A stretch of DNA of 64,000 bases from Bugula neritina (Eukaryota > Animalia > Bryozoa), in the NCBI GenBank assembly GCA_964035545.1, contig OZ037765.1:27155504-27219503 (forward strand). Direction: 5' to 3'. The notes below the pieces were generated by a model that worked only from the letters and a program-made list of their open reading frames with translations, ran no database searches and was not told the DNA's origin. This document shows positions 12,141 through 25,213 of this stretch, piece after piece. Made by a program: the position numbers and the translations under genes. Numbering within the stretch: the first letter of the stretch is position 1; each line of letters starts with the position of its first letter.

Positions 12141-13018
12141 ATGCAGATGTTCTATTCTCTAAACTATATTTACTTGAAATACCAGAAGTAATTGCTTACT
12201 TGGTCAGTAACTGTTGATTGAAAATTGTGTAATCAATGAAGTCATTGTAGCGTGAACCACTAGAGTAAGACCGAGTGTTTGTTCAATCATGAAGGAGTTT
12301 GTAAATTTCAACTCTTTGTTGTCACTCATCAAAGCGTTCAATGTTACTGTTACTTGGTTCATTTGAAGTTAGCACTGAAATTCTAAACAAGGTTTGCTCG
12401 TAGGATTGTGTCAATATATGTTCCAGCATTTGCAAGCTAAGTGTCGTGCTTTGAAAAACCGAAATTACGGTTGAAACTTTTTAAGGTATCAAGTATTTCC
12501 AAGTTTATTAACAATTTTTCATTTTGTAATACTTTTTTCTGCGTAGTGTTATTTGATTCGTGGTTGCTATAAATAGTTGAGGGCTTGAGTAATGGAGTTA
12601 AGTAAAGGCTGTCTCTATGATGTAATCAATATTATAATGTGAACTATTCTGGTTTATATTATGTAAATACAGTCTTGTGGTGTTTGTTCGAACTGGTAAC
12701 TAATTGCTGTTAACACATTTAGAGAAATTCAACACTTGAGCCAAACACTTGAAATTTATATTTATACACTAAGTGTTTACTCATCAAGACTTACTCCTCC
12801 CTCTCCATTCTACATCTTTTTAGATCTTAAGCATCATTATCTTGTTTGGCATTTGTGTTGTAGGACTTTACTTAGCCAGCTGAGCACATTTAACACAAGA
12901 GCAAAGACTATCCTATTGTGACAACTTCGAGATCAATAAAATTTAATGATTGAAGGTTAACTGCACAAAACTTTTTCTACAGGTCCATAACTTACTGCTT
13001 TGAACACAAAGATTAAAC

Positions 13019-14610
13019 ATGTTAAAATCACCTGCTGGAGAATTACGTGGTCCAGTTAAAGAACAGACAATGAATGCTGTTAAGCGACAGCCGCCCAAAC
13101 ATACAGTTTTATCAACTCGGCAGCTTCGTATGCGAATCACCTGTGATGATCCGATACATAGAGGTAAAAAGAGAATCAAACTTAGTGGCAAGGAGCTTTC
13201 TAATTTACCTCTGAATCTGTTCAACCTCACTGAGCTGGAGGTGCTGGATCTGAGTCCAGAGAGAGAAGCCTGTCTCTTTTACCACTTGGAGAGAATTCCT
13301 GTGGAGATTTCCAAGCTGACCAACCTCACTGTTCTGGCACTGGATACAAATAGACTAGAGAGTTTGCCTGATGAGTTGTGTCAGCTGTATTCATTAGAGA
13401 GACTAGCGCTTAGCAACAACCAGCTGACGGATTTACCAACGTCGCTGCCTCAGATGTCCAGTCTGCGGAGTCTGTATTGCTCCAACAACAAGTTCCAGCA
13501 TCTGCCCGGCAGCGTGTGTCAGCTAAAACAGCTGGTTTTCCTAGATTTCTCAGACAACTTTCTCACCAGCATACCGCAAGGTAGGTCATTGTGTTCTAAC
13601 TCTTTTTTCATATACATGTATTTATATATGCTCTGTGAATGTATGAAACGTAAAGTCATTTCTAGTGCAAAATAAATTTTCCACTGCTTCACTGGGGTTT
13701 TAAATAAATCATTAGATGCACTAATATTTCTGTAAAACTGGCACTGAGCTAAAACTTTCTTAACTAGTTTTACTTTGAAGTTGACAAAATTTATTGCCAG
13801 AATATTGATAGCAAATCTGGCTAATATTAATAAAATAGCTAATATTTTTTCAGTGCTGGTTTTTATCACAAAACTGCTGGTATTATTAAATTGTATTTCT
13901 TAGGCATTCACATGAAGTTTTACTAATGAATAATATAGAATGCCTACTAACTTCTATTAATATCTTTAATGAAACTTCAAATCATTGCTGTCTGTAATTA
14001 TTACTTCACATATTATCCAGTCATCACTAGTGTGAAATTTGTATGTCAGCAACGTTTGCAAGGAGTGGGTGGTATTATTGTACAATTACTTACATTTTTG
14101 TGTATTAGAATGGTTGTTTATGTGTGCTTCAATGGTTTCGTTTTACTCTCTGTTTTTATTGATTTATTGTGTCATGTGTTTATAAACAAATATCCGGCTT
14201 TAATTATGTTTTATGTTGTTGATGTGCTATTTGCTCATATATAAGTATCTATCTTACCATATAGCACTAGAAATATGATTCTGTTTCTAGAAATAGGGTC
14301 AATGGACAGCTTAGAGAGTCTGGTATTGTCATACAACAAGATAGAAAGTTTACCAGATTCCATATGCAATCTCAAGACCCTACAGATGCTTTGGCTATGT
14401 GGCAATTGCCTTTCCTCTCTGCCTAAAGGCTTGGGAAAACTTGTAAACTTAGACTGGTCTCACATGATGCTAACATCAGCTCTTGATGGCAATCCTTTGG
14501 AATACCCACCTATTTCTGTAGCTAAGCAAGGACCAGAGGCAATAGACAAGTTTCTTAGTCTTCATCAAAGTAATGCAGTTAAACCAAAGCCCAAAAACTT
14601 ACGTGCCTAA
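13019..14610 (+). CDS. Intracellular leucine-rich-repeat protein, about 293 aa, two coding exons
   Basis: Exons 13019-13580 (GTAGGT donor) and 14291-14610 join in phase 1. The protein has about 8 LxxLxxLxLxxNxLxxLP repeats and a C-terminal LDGNPLEYPP cap, with no signal peptide. Confidence 0.88.
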
Positions 14611-14789
14611 TTTATAGATTTTGTAAACTAGTCTATCAATTAACTTCCATAATTATTATAGCCATTTAATGCATTTTCCAATAAAGTTTCCATTATATTG
14701 CAAACAGCTTTTAATTATTCAATTGCTTGCCTTGAAATAAAAACATAATGTTATGGTATTAGTTCTTTTTGTTCTAATAATTATTCTGT

Positions 14790-16029
14790 TTATATGCAAC
14801 TTTTCATAATAAATATAAATAAAACAATAACTTGTGAAAGTACAGGATGATTTCCACTATTGTCATTGTTGCACTGTTTTTCTCGACAGCATGATGTACA
14901 CGTGAGGGTTGTCAGCCCAAACTTGTCGTATCGACATCCGTAGTAACATTCATCTACGCAAGTTCGCTCAAAATATGTTGGAATACCATTCTTCTCAATT
15001 CTCTTGGTCTGTGCAATAAATAGATAGTTATGAAGTAGCAGTCATGATGTATTACACTACTTCACATGTGCAGAATATGGTGTGCTTGTTTCCAACTCGT
15101 ACTGTGAGAGTAATATCTGATCAATATGAGCACAGAATATTGGCACTAAAATACTTATATTTAATCATAAAAATGCATCAAATAATTAAAGGTATACATG
15201 TAAGTTTAGTAATTTTTGAAAAGGTCCAACATCTAACATCAATTTGTTTTCAAAACTAACATGTTTAAAGTCACAATCCAAACCAGAGAGACAAATCAAC
15301 TTCTAATAAATAAAGCAATACTATTATTGAACATATTTATATGTTATTTTGCATGGAGTTGCTTCATCTTATTTAATGTGAGAGAAGGTCAATGATCTCA
15401 ATATTGTTAGAATGTACTTGTACAATAATACACACACTAACCATGCAATACTTGTCTTGGGAACCACATGGTCGAACATCCACTTTTGAGAGTTGGCGTT
15501 GGCATTTGTTGTTGTACACATATTCATGTTGAAACGTCTCCTTGCAATGGTAACACGTCAAATTTGTTCCTGTCATTACAGAGTTTGAAAACTGTAGCTC
15601 TGCAAAAACCCAAAATTTTTATTTTGTAACATTAAAGTACAAGCCTTGGAAGCAGCCATGGTCTATGGGTTGGAGCGTTTGCTTAGTAATCACGAAATCA
15701 TGGGTTTGAACCCGATAAAGGCCATGAGTGATGTTAGGAAGGCATCCAGTCATAATTGCTTCAGTGCCACATCTAAATAAGTCCTTAGCCCGATTTAACG
15801 AAAACCCTTTCCATCAGGGATTTCTCACAGAGATGGTGACTATAAATTTCAGTGAGTTTTATTAAGGTACAACCCTTAAGAAATATTACAGTTTGATAAT
15901 ACTTAAAAAGCTACACTTTACAGAGAAATAACCCAAGTTTTGCTTGTGTAATCAACCAGACAGAATGAGAATTGACTCACCTGGCAGCAACAGCACTGCC
16001 AACATAAGCAGTCTGTGTGACATCATCAT
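14790..16029 (-). CDS. Ly6/uPAR three-finger-fold protein (quiver/sleepless-like superfamily), probably GPI-anchored, about 141 aa
   Basis: Exons 16029-15981 (signal peptide MMMSHRLLMLAVLLLP), 15599-15442 (LTCYHC...KC...RPCGSQDKYCM) and 15008-14790 (ERTCVDECYYGC...TCTSCCREKQCN...SGNHPVLSQVIVLFIFIMKSCI*). It has the CCxxxxCN motif and a hydrophobic tail, and all introns are GT-AG and in phase. Confidence 0.87.
15648..15848 (+). mobile_element. tRNA-derived SINE, copy 1 (Ly6 gene intron 1)
   Basis: GGAAGCAGCCATGGTCTATGGGTTGGAGC head (A-box-like), GGTTTGAACCC (B-box-like) and core TGATGTTAGGAAGGCATCCAGTCATAATTGCT. Three other copies occur in the window. Confidence 0.8.
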
Positions 16030-17847
16030 ATTGCTACTGCATCTATTAGATAACTATTTACTGCCTGCACCTATCTCCTGCTTCAGGTGTGTGCTTGTAA
16101 ATATCTAGTGTATTGATTTTGCTCAACTCTAGCAATTATTCTAACTGGCTTTCGAATGGCTGTCCTACCATAAAACAGATAATGCATCCCTTTCACAAAG
16201 TTTTGATAAATTATAATAAATGTTATTGATTTTGTTTCTATATACCACAATATTGTAGTGTAGGTCCACGTTTTTGCTTTAAAAGTAAAGGAAATGCATT
16301 AATTCAGCAAAATTTCATGAAAAACTCTAATGCTTTACTTTATTCATGAACCATGTGCATGTGTAATAGGTTGTTTATGTTAGCAAATATGTTTGCAGCT
16401 CATTGTTTAAGATAAATAACTTAAATTTGAGTTTATTGTACATGTTTACTGACACATTTACTGGCAGAAAATTAATGTTCGCAATTCATTTATTGAGTAT
16501 GTACTAGTAGCTGTTCAAAATTGATAAATGAAAGTATTTCAAACCAGCATAATTATACCAGCGTGTTTAGAATAAGTTGTTTCAAAGGAACTCAACTTTT
16601 TAGAGTCTAACACTGTTGCTCACTAGAATTTAGACCAGTTTCAATCTTGCTTTACTCTGATAATCTTAAAAATTATTGCGCTGCATAATATATAATCATT
16701 TAGTTTTATCGTAAAACTCACATTTCAGAAATGCCATTAATGTTTATTCCTTGAGGTACAAATATAAACAACATGCTACAAGTACTGAGTGAGTGATATT
16801 TCAGCTTGAATCAAGTTATTTGGGTTTAATACCCCTAACCAGATATATACTGCAGCCATAGTACAATAACTTTCAATTTATTTTATTTACAGTATTTACC
16901 TGACAGTTACTTTTTATAATAATTCACTTGGTACAAAATGCAACTGTTTCTGTTTGTATTAAAGACTAGCCAACTCAGCATATCTATAATTTTCATTTCA
17001 TAAACGAATAAAATGAAATTTATTTCCTAAAATTATATGCTATGAAAAACAGTAATTTTCATCAAAAAATATTTATGACACAGCTGTGTTAACTTCTGAC
17101 TTTAGCAACTGATATATAACTGCAAATGAATATGTTAATAGAATCTATTTCAAGCTAAACACTGGCCACAGTCAAACAATTATATTTAGAGTTTTGATGC
17201 CATGAGTGTTTGTTGGGTTCTAACAGTTATTCTACAAAGGTGCTTCAACAGGGTGTGGATTTTACTGGTAAATTCAGCTTCAGAAGTTGCCTACTCTTGT
17301 ATTGATGCAAAATTCTTTAAAACCCACATTTAAATTAGTAATTCTTGTTAATATACATTTATGCTTGTCAATGGCACAATTCTTCATGCTGTGTTCATTT
17401 AACAGCTTAGAAAAAATATATTGCTTCTGAATTCTAATCAACTGAACACTTAAGTAGGAGCTGATAACTTCAAACAGCAAAGTTATAAATTATTATTCCA
17501 TTGTAATGCATGAACTCTTTGCAATCACATTAAAGTTCTATTGTAAAGATATTAAAGGTGAATGCTCGTCTATCAGGTACAAGTAGTATTTATAGCTAAT
17601 CAACTTTCACTCGTCAAAAAGATTACTATAAGTCAACATCAAGTACCTCTTGAGTAGCAATGACACGCATTTTCTAAAATATTAATTTCATTTTTTTTAT
17701 ATTTCAAATCAAATACAAATGCTTATTATAGAATGTCATACAATAGAATATAATAAGATAGAAAATTGAGTGCTAATAAACACAGCAAGTCATGTTGAAT
17801 GACAGCGTTGCAAACTAATTTCTGTCAGCATTGAGTATTTAGCAATA

Positions 17848-19423
17848 TTATACAGAGGATCGTTTCAAAGAATGACGAGAGTTTGATGGAAAAGCAGCTA
17901 AAACAGTTTCAACATCTACAACTTCTTCAAAACTATTCCCTAAACCATCAGCATTTTGTAGAGAGCAGTTGTACAGTCCACAAAGATGTTCCCCATGATT
18001 GCACTCTCTGGCTAGGTCTTCCTCATCCACAGATCTACTTGCGCACACTGCTGTGTTTGTATTAATAGTAATGAATCCATTTGTTTTATTTGGTAGAACT
18101 GAAATTCTTGAGTGATTAGATGGACCTATAGAAGAGTCTCTAATATTTTCATTTATCTGCTTGTCATCATAGTTTTTAGCCATTGAAGGAACTGGCCTTG
18201 GCCGCATCCCGGGAGTTATGATGTCACCATCGAGTTTGACGGCTCCCTGTGCTGCAGCTAGAGCTTCCAGTTCATCTTTTCGCTCATCCTCCGTGTTCAT
18301 AGTCAACAGCCTGAGCACCATAAGGTTCAATGCTGCAGCAAATACTGTCAGTCCAAAGACAATGTAGAGAATACTGAAAACTACATACTCTGGCTTTTTC
18401 TGCAATGCTTTCATTGTATTATTCTGTAAAGCAACGAAATCTCCAAACCCTATGGTGGACATTGTGATGAAGCAATAGTAAAACGCATTTATAAAGGACC
18501 AGCTTTCAAATTTACTGAAAGCAACAGCACCAAGCACCAACACAGCCGAGCAGAGAAAGCAGGCTACCATAGTCAGCTCTGTTTGAGTAACTTCTACTGC
18601 ATCGTTCTTAGTGGCCCGCTTTACCCAAACCTTTATTTGCTTCAGAACTTTTGTTATGCCGATATTGAAACGCTCACCAATGCTCTGAAACATGACTATG
18701 TTAAGAGGTATGCCTATGAGCGAGTATAACACACAGAATATTTTTCCTCCCACAGTTCTTGGAGTAGAATGACCATAACCTACAATCAAATAATTATGAC
18801 TCATTACTTTAAATACGAGTATTTTAGAAAACAAAGAGTTTTGGTTATAAGTTACAACTTGTCAATAATATGACTATATAGCTACTCCTTTACATTCTGG
18901 TTTTATTTACTTTTGTTTATTGTCCTGAAATCATTAATGGTTTCTATAAATATAGTCAAATGACAACTAATTAAATCATATAAGCAGTGCAAAGAGTTGT
19001 CATGGTTATACATATAAATTGACTTAAAACATTTTGCATATATAAATTTATTTTTAAATATTTTTCTACCTGCATTTAAAGGTTTATTACAGCAAGATCT
19101 TGAAAAAATATTTTCATCTGCTGCTAGCTAGACTACTTACCAATAGTTGTTATGACGGATAAGGCAAAGTAAAATGCTCCAGCGAACTTCCATTGAGTAC
19201 CTGCTTGATATGGCTTTGACCTAATTATATTTAGCCTTAGAATTTCCATGTCCTCTTGAGTTATATTGTACTTTTCTTTAATCAAATTCTCCTCATCTTG
19301 TAATTTCTTTCTTTCTTCCTTTTCATGTTTAGATTCGAGCTTATCGAACACAGCTGCTCCAATTAACAAATATGTGAAGGTACAGAATATTAAAGCTATA
19401 GTTCTCACATTCTGTCTCTTCAT
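17848..19423 (-). CDS. Two-pore-domain K+ channel of the TASK (KCNK3/KCNK9) subfamily, about 404 aa
   Basis: Exons 19423-19141 and 18779-17848, with the intron inside the first selectivity filter TIG/YGH. It has the N-terminus [19 protein letters not shown], second pore [26 protein letters not shown] and C-terminal KRSSV. Confidence 0.96.
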
Positions 19424-22400
19424 TTCTCCATGAAGTATTAAGTATGTGTAGCTCAGCTATAGTTTATTTGTTCAGGAGCTACGTTAGCCATTCACTGTTA
19501 GCTTTTTATGATGCAGCAGTTCACTAGAGTTACTAAAAATGACGACTTCTATGATGACATCTACAAGCTCCTCTCTTGTCAATTCTATAAGAATAATTGA
19601 ATAATAATATTAATATGGGCTGTGTACATATTCTAGTATAATTACATGCTATACGCAACACCACGGTTGCATATATTATATTGTAATCTCATAGCAGTTT
19701 TGCAAGTAACTGTAATAACTAATTAGACAATTATTGATTTTGCACACTTCACAGGTTCACAAGTCAAATGGGCTAAGATTAATATCATAATTTGTAAGAC
19801 TATATTTAGTAGCAAAGACAACTTGTGTCTAGAGTGAGAAAAGAGACCACATATATAGCAAGTCAGTATACGTTAAGGTCCAAGCAGAGTGAGACTACCA
19901 ATTTAGAGACAAAGCTATGCAAAATTAGGGGGGTGGAGAGAATAACATTTTCTCAAACGTATATTTTCAAATATATCCGCACGTTTTAATTCTAATATAA
20001 TGTTTTGTTTGAGAAATTCAGTAATACACTTTTAGGAAATAATTTTGTATAATATAGTCATTTGCATTCCTATATTGTAAAGGCTTGTCAGAACATAAAA
20101 TTAATAAAATGAGAAAAATATTTTCCCCAAAATTTCTATACTTTTTTTCAATATGGTGGTAGCCTATAGTACATTATTCTTTCACAGAATTCACCCTATA
20201 GTCAGTTTAGATCACAAACAACCAATAAAGACCAACTTTGCCCTTTGAGACCATCAGCTGAGATTTACCCAAGGGTACTCAGTTCACAGTTGTCAAAAAG
20301 CCGCAATCAGACCTTTATTATTGATAATAAGGCTGTGATAAAGCTGTAACTCTGAAGTGCCTGTCTAGCAAACATGCTACAGTAATATACAGACTACATA
20401 CTGTACACAACTTAGCTGCTTATTATTTCTAACGCTAAACTAACCATTCGCTGTTTTACATGCATGCATTATATCAAAAAGTATGCTTTAAACTTTAAGC
20501 TTTTAAGCCAGATTGGCGATTAAGCTTTGTGTTGTAGAAGCTATAAGAATTGCATACAATGAAAGTCAGCAATAGTTACTAATAGTTGTATAATAAAGCT
20601 GACTGAAGATGCCATCAGAATGGCACAAAATTTATTATAAAGCAAAACTGTTTGAGTAACAATCCTACAAATATTTTAATACTGTTTAAATTAAGCGTTT
20701 CGGAGATTCTATAAAATTAATTATAATGTAAATACTATTATTTTAGTGTTTACACCAATTGTTGATTTATATCAGGATAATATACTGCTGGTGCCAGCAT
20801 GAAAAGTTTTAAGTGCAGTTTATATAATCAATGATCGATGGTCATTATTTATGACTCATGTACAGATGAAAATTTTAAAATAGAATATAAATACTCAATA
20901 ATAATGTACTGGTGGTTAAATTGTTTAATATATTTCATAGTTTTATGATCATATTTTTTGCACTTATATTTCATAACTAATGTGAACTGTTTGGTAGAGC
21001 AACAGCTAATCTTATTCAACATACATCATGTGAAAACATACTGATTCATTCCTTACTTTTACAATACATACTGATAATAGCTATTGTAATTCTAAGAGTA
21101 GGTACTGGCTAAACTGAATGACTAATTAAGACAACATATAAGTAAGATGGCGATATATAGTTTAACATTAGACACGTACTCTTGATTTATTTATTAAAGT
21201 TTTCAAATATAAGAATTCCTATATATCATAATATCACTTTCACCAGAAAAACAGATTTAAACTCATTAGTATAATGTAGCATTATGAAATGGGTGCCAAC
21301 TATCTTGCAATATATTCCTAAGTATTTAGCCTGATTAATCATACGGTGTTATGTTGTGTTTTTACAGCAGCGGCAGCAATAGTATGTTTGTGTTTAACTT
21401 TTAACAGAAAGGGATATGTAAACATAACACGAAGTTCTACCAATCCTATCATAGTTCTTACAATAACAACATGTTTAGCCTTTCAATAAAGGCAATAACA
21501 TTACGCTCCTGGCAGACAACATGGCTGTATAAATTTTATCATATTGGGACTGTTGGCGCATAATAAACTGTTTTTGCTAGTGATTAATTTATATGATTTA
21601 GCAATGATTAGATTCATTATTAGTATCAGTTTCATGATATATATTTGTCTTATGCAATCAAATACATAATTCTTGTGGAGTTTTCTAAAATAATATGTTC
21701 AGAAAATAGAAATCAGATGTAAAATATGCTGCCAGTTATTGCTTTAAGTTTAAATATTGAATAATACACTTTTCCAGGTTTTATGAAGTTTCAGACTTAC
21801 ACAGGCTTTCTAATTGATTAGAAGTTTTCTATAGAAAAAACCCAAGTAAATTCAAAACTAATTTTTCTAATCATATTTTTATCAGAAACTAGTTTTTCCA
21901 AGTGAAATCGTCCCACATACTGTTATATCAGGCAAAGGTTGGACAACTCCTAATGGCTACAAATGATTGACATAAGCTGGTATAAGCTGCACATAGGCAA
22001 AAAATAATAAATTTTTTATAATACATTAATTTTAGTAGATACTTATGAGATCAAAAGACGCAAATTGATGAAAGGAAAAAACATGCTTCTAAGCCAAACG
22101 CTGAATATAAGCCCAGAACATTTGGAAACCAGCATATCTCTTAAAATAACATGATGTGCTGGTGACACGCCTCGTTTATTCAAACAGCTGAGACTACCAT
22201 TAAATCTAACCACGTGTCCTGATTTGAATGCTATACACCGGCAACCAGTAGCAGTATAATATTTTGTTTGCTAATAATGGTTAGTAACAATTAGATTGCC
22301 CTATAAATTCTAATTTACAATTACATTACTCAGTAGCTAAGAATTAATTGACTTGAATCAAAACAACGTACAGCTGCTTATAATAGAATCAAAGAGCAAT

Positions 22401-25213
22401 TAGCTTCCAAGTTAGTGAAAATTTTATTTATAAAAATAATCTTTAAATTCAACTTTTACAATACAGCAAAAGCAATGCTATGGAAAAAGCTACATGAAAA
22501 TCTAGAGTATACGGAGGTCCGTAACATACACATGAACTGGAACTGATGCTGCATGCTAAAGAATGGAGCACTTGGTATTCACAGTAATAATTGTGCAATT
22601 ATATTACCACCTACATAACCTACAGAAGTATTGGAGCTTCGTAATGAAATAATTATAAAGGATAACATATTGTAATGATGTGTTACAACTAGTTATACAT
22701 ACAATAATACTGCATACAGCATACCAACTTCCATGTACATGACTAAGTGCTTTTAAATAGACTTACCTAAAGATCAATACAGCTGTCATTAAGGGTTACA
22801 AATCGTGTGCTGTTGCAAACACCAGTGTGTATTAAAGAATGCAGATTATTTCAATGAGAAAATTAACTGAGAAGTCAAGCAGCTAAATGATATTGTCAAC
22901 TGGTAGCATAGTCTAGCATAGCACAGACAACTAATACACAGTACGGGTGTTGAAAATGCTCAGGAAAATGTTGATGAATCTAGTTTTCAAAACAGCCATG
23001 GTCAAATCACTTGTTTCAACAATTGTTATAATATATAATAATACATTGAAAAATAATTTTATAAAATGCAAATTTCTCATCATCTTTTCTAAATTGTCTA
23101 CGTGACAATTGCCCAGTTAATCATGCACAGGAACAGGTTTGGGGAACTGGCAATCCTAAAGCTTTAGGAAATATTAAAATAGTACACAGTTCTAAAATTA
23201 ACCAAAATCATTGTTGCTTTGCTAAGTAAAGCAATAACACTTAATGCAGCTTTGGTTGCTACAAAACTACAGCGTAATTTAATTAAACAGTGGCTAGCAT
23301 CACATTATAGGGATACAAATCATAGATTGGCAAAACACCCTCTAGTGACTTTACAATATAAAGTTGATTCTTAATCATCAGATCAATAAATAACCCACAA
23401 CAGCAGCTCAGCTCTACTCTAACCGGTCTATTGCATGCCGAGTTGAGAATCTAACTTTACCATTACACAGCGCAGCAGGTTTATGTTAGTTGTTTGTTTT
23501 CAACAGTTTTAATTCCCAAGTTGAAGCAACTCTCTGAAACTTTAAACTGTTCAAATCTATAGCAGCACATATTTATTTTTTCTGGTATTAGCCATGTTCA
23601 GCGAGTCACCGCTCTGAGCATAATCAATACAAGTAAAAACATGAAGCTAAAGGATAGGCATTATAGCGGACAGTTCTACAAATCTAAAGTAAAACCCACA
23701 AATAGATTTTCATTTTATTTCCCAAAAAAAACGAGGAAAAACTTCAAAACCGTTACAAGTGAAAATGTAGACATCTGATTAAATTAATTTCAATTTTGGG
23801 TAATTATTTTTCAGTTGTGTAACAAATACTTGTAATATAAAGATTTATTTGTATGGAGAATACAGATTTACATACAGATATCTGTTTATGTCTACATGTA
23901 TCTACCTGAGCTAACTGTGCATGTTTGTACTACCTTTCAAGCAATATAAGGCATTAAACACTTTACAAATGTCAAGCCATACTGACTTCAGGCTGTACAA
24001 CTTGTCTTGGAAATAGCAAAACAAAACTTACAATGGTTAAAACAGTTACAAAGTTCATGAGGAAGACACATTGTACTGATAAAATGCATCTAATAACGTC
24101 TTTACTAGAACATGAAGACACTGGTTACTAACTCAGCAAATATTTGAGATTTTAAATAATCTTCAGTAACTTCTAACAGATATTATTTGTAGCCAGAAAA
24201 ATTGTGGTCTCTGACATTAAATACACCTCCCTCGATTAACTTTTTTTAGAAACTAGACAGTTTTATTTGTATGTATTCAAGATTAGTTATAATATCTTAT
24301 GCACTTGGGAAAAAAATTTCAAGCAACAATTGACATTCACACTTCAACAAACCACTCAAATCTTTCCTCTATAACTTTTAGCTAGCAACTCTCAAGCACT
24401 GACTATTACCTGCCGTATGAGCGTTGACTGCGATTTCAGCTATTGAGATGTTATCCAATTAATGCATATGAGAATAAATGAAATGTGTTGTCCTGAAACT
24501 AAATGTTGTAGACCTTCCAACTTAGCAGAAGAACATAAATGCATGCAATGCTCTGCTATACTAACTTATGCTGGCTTTGGCCAGCAACCCTACGGGAGGC
24601 TTGTGATTGGCTGTAACAAAATTAATCAACTCATTGATTGTTATAGTCTAGGCTTTACACTTTAAACAATAAAAATAGATAACTCTGATTTTAACAAAAT
24701 GTAAAGGTTGGGCTCTTACAGAACACAATAATTTATGCAACTTGGCAATATAAAAAGTAATGATGTCATAAAATATCAATATTGCCAATAATCAGCAGTT
24801 GGTGAAGGTCGCATTAAAGATTCTCTAAGAAGGTTTTGTCACAAGTGCAAGAGGTGCAGTCTGTTAAAAAACAACAACAAACTTTTAAAAAGGGGAACTC
24901 CTAAGACGTGGCTATGTTTCTTGTATCTCACAGTTGAACTCTCATTGTAAGCGTCCCTCAATAAATAAGATAACTCTAAACAAACACGATAGTTATTTTT
25001 CATATTTCCAAACATGTATTGAGTATAAATATAATTATATAAACTTTATATTAAGAAGTAATAGAATAAAAATAGTTGATTGTAAACAAATACATAATTT
25101 CAAAAGCAGAAGCCTAGAGAAGCCATCACAGTATGCTGCATTGAGTAATAGTTGTACGAGTAACTTAGAAGGTATGTGTACAGCTACTAGAGTGTGTTGG
25201 TGCTGACCACATT

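Noticed and set aside
22755-22780. Minus-strand CTTTAG|GTAAGT, resembling a recursive splice site upstream of the TASK gene
   Set aside because: The pyrimidine tract is weak and the region is only about 5 kb; it could equally be the end of an ordinary 5'UTR exon.
19600-25200. Short ORFs between the TASK gene and CCDC40, and in the large CCDC40 intron at 30060-31940
   Set aside because: No recognisable domains or consistent exon chains; probably UTR, intron or regulatory DNA.
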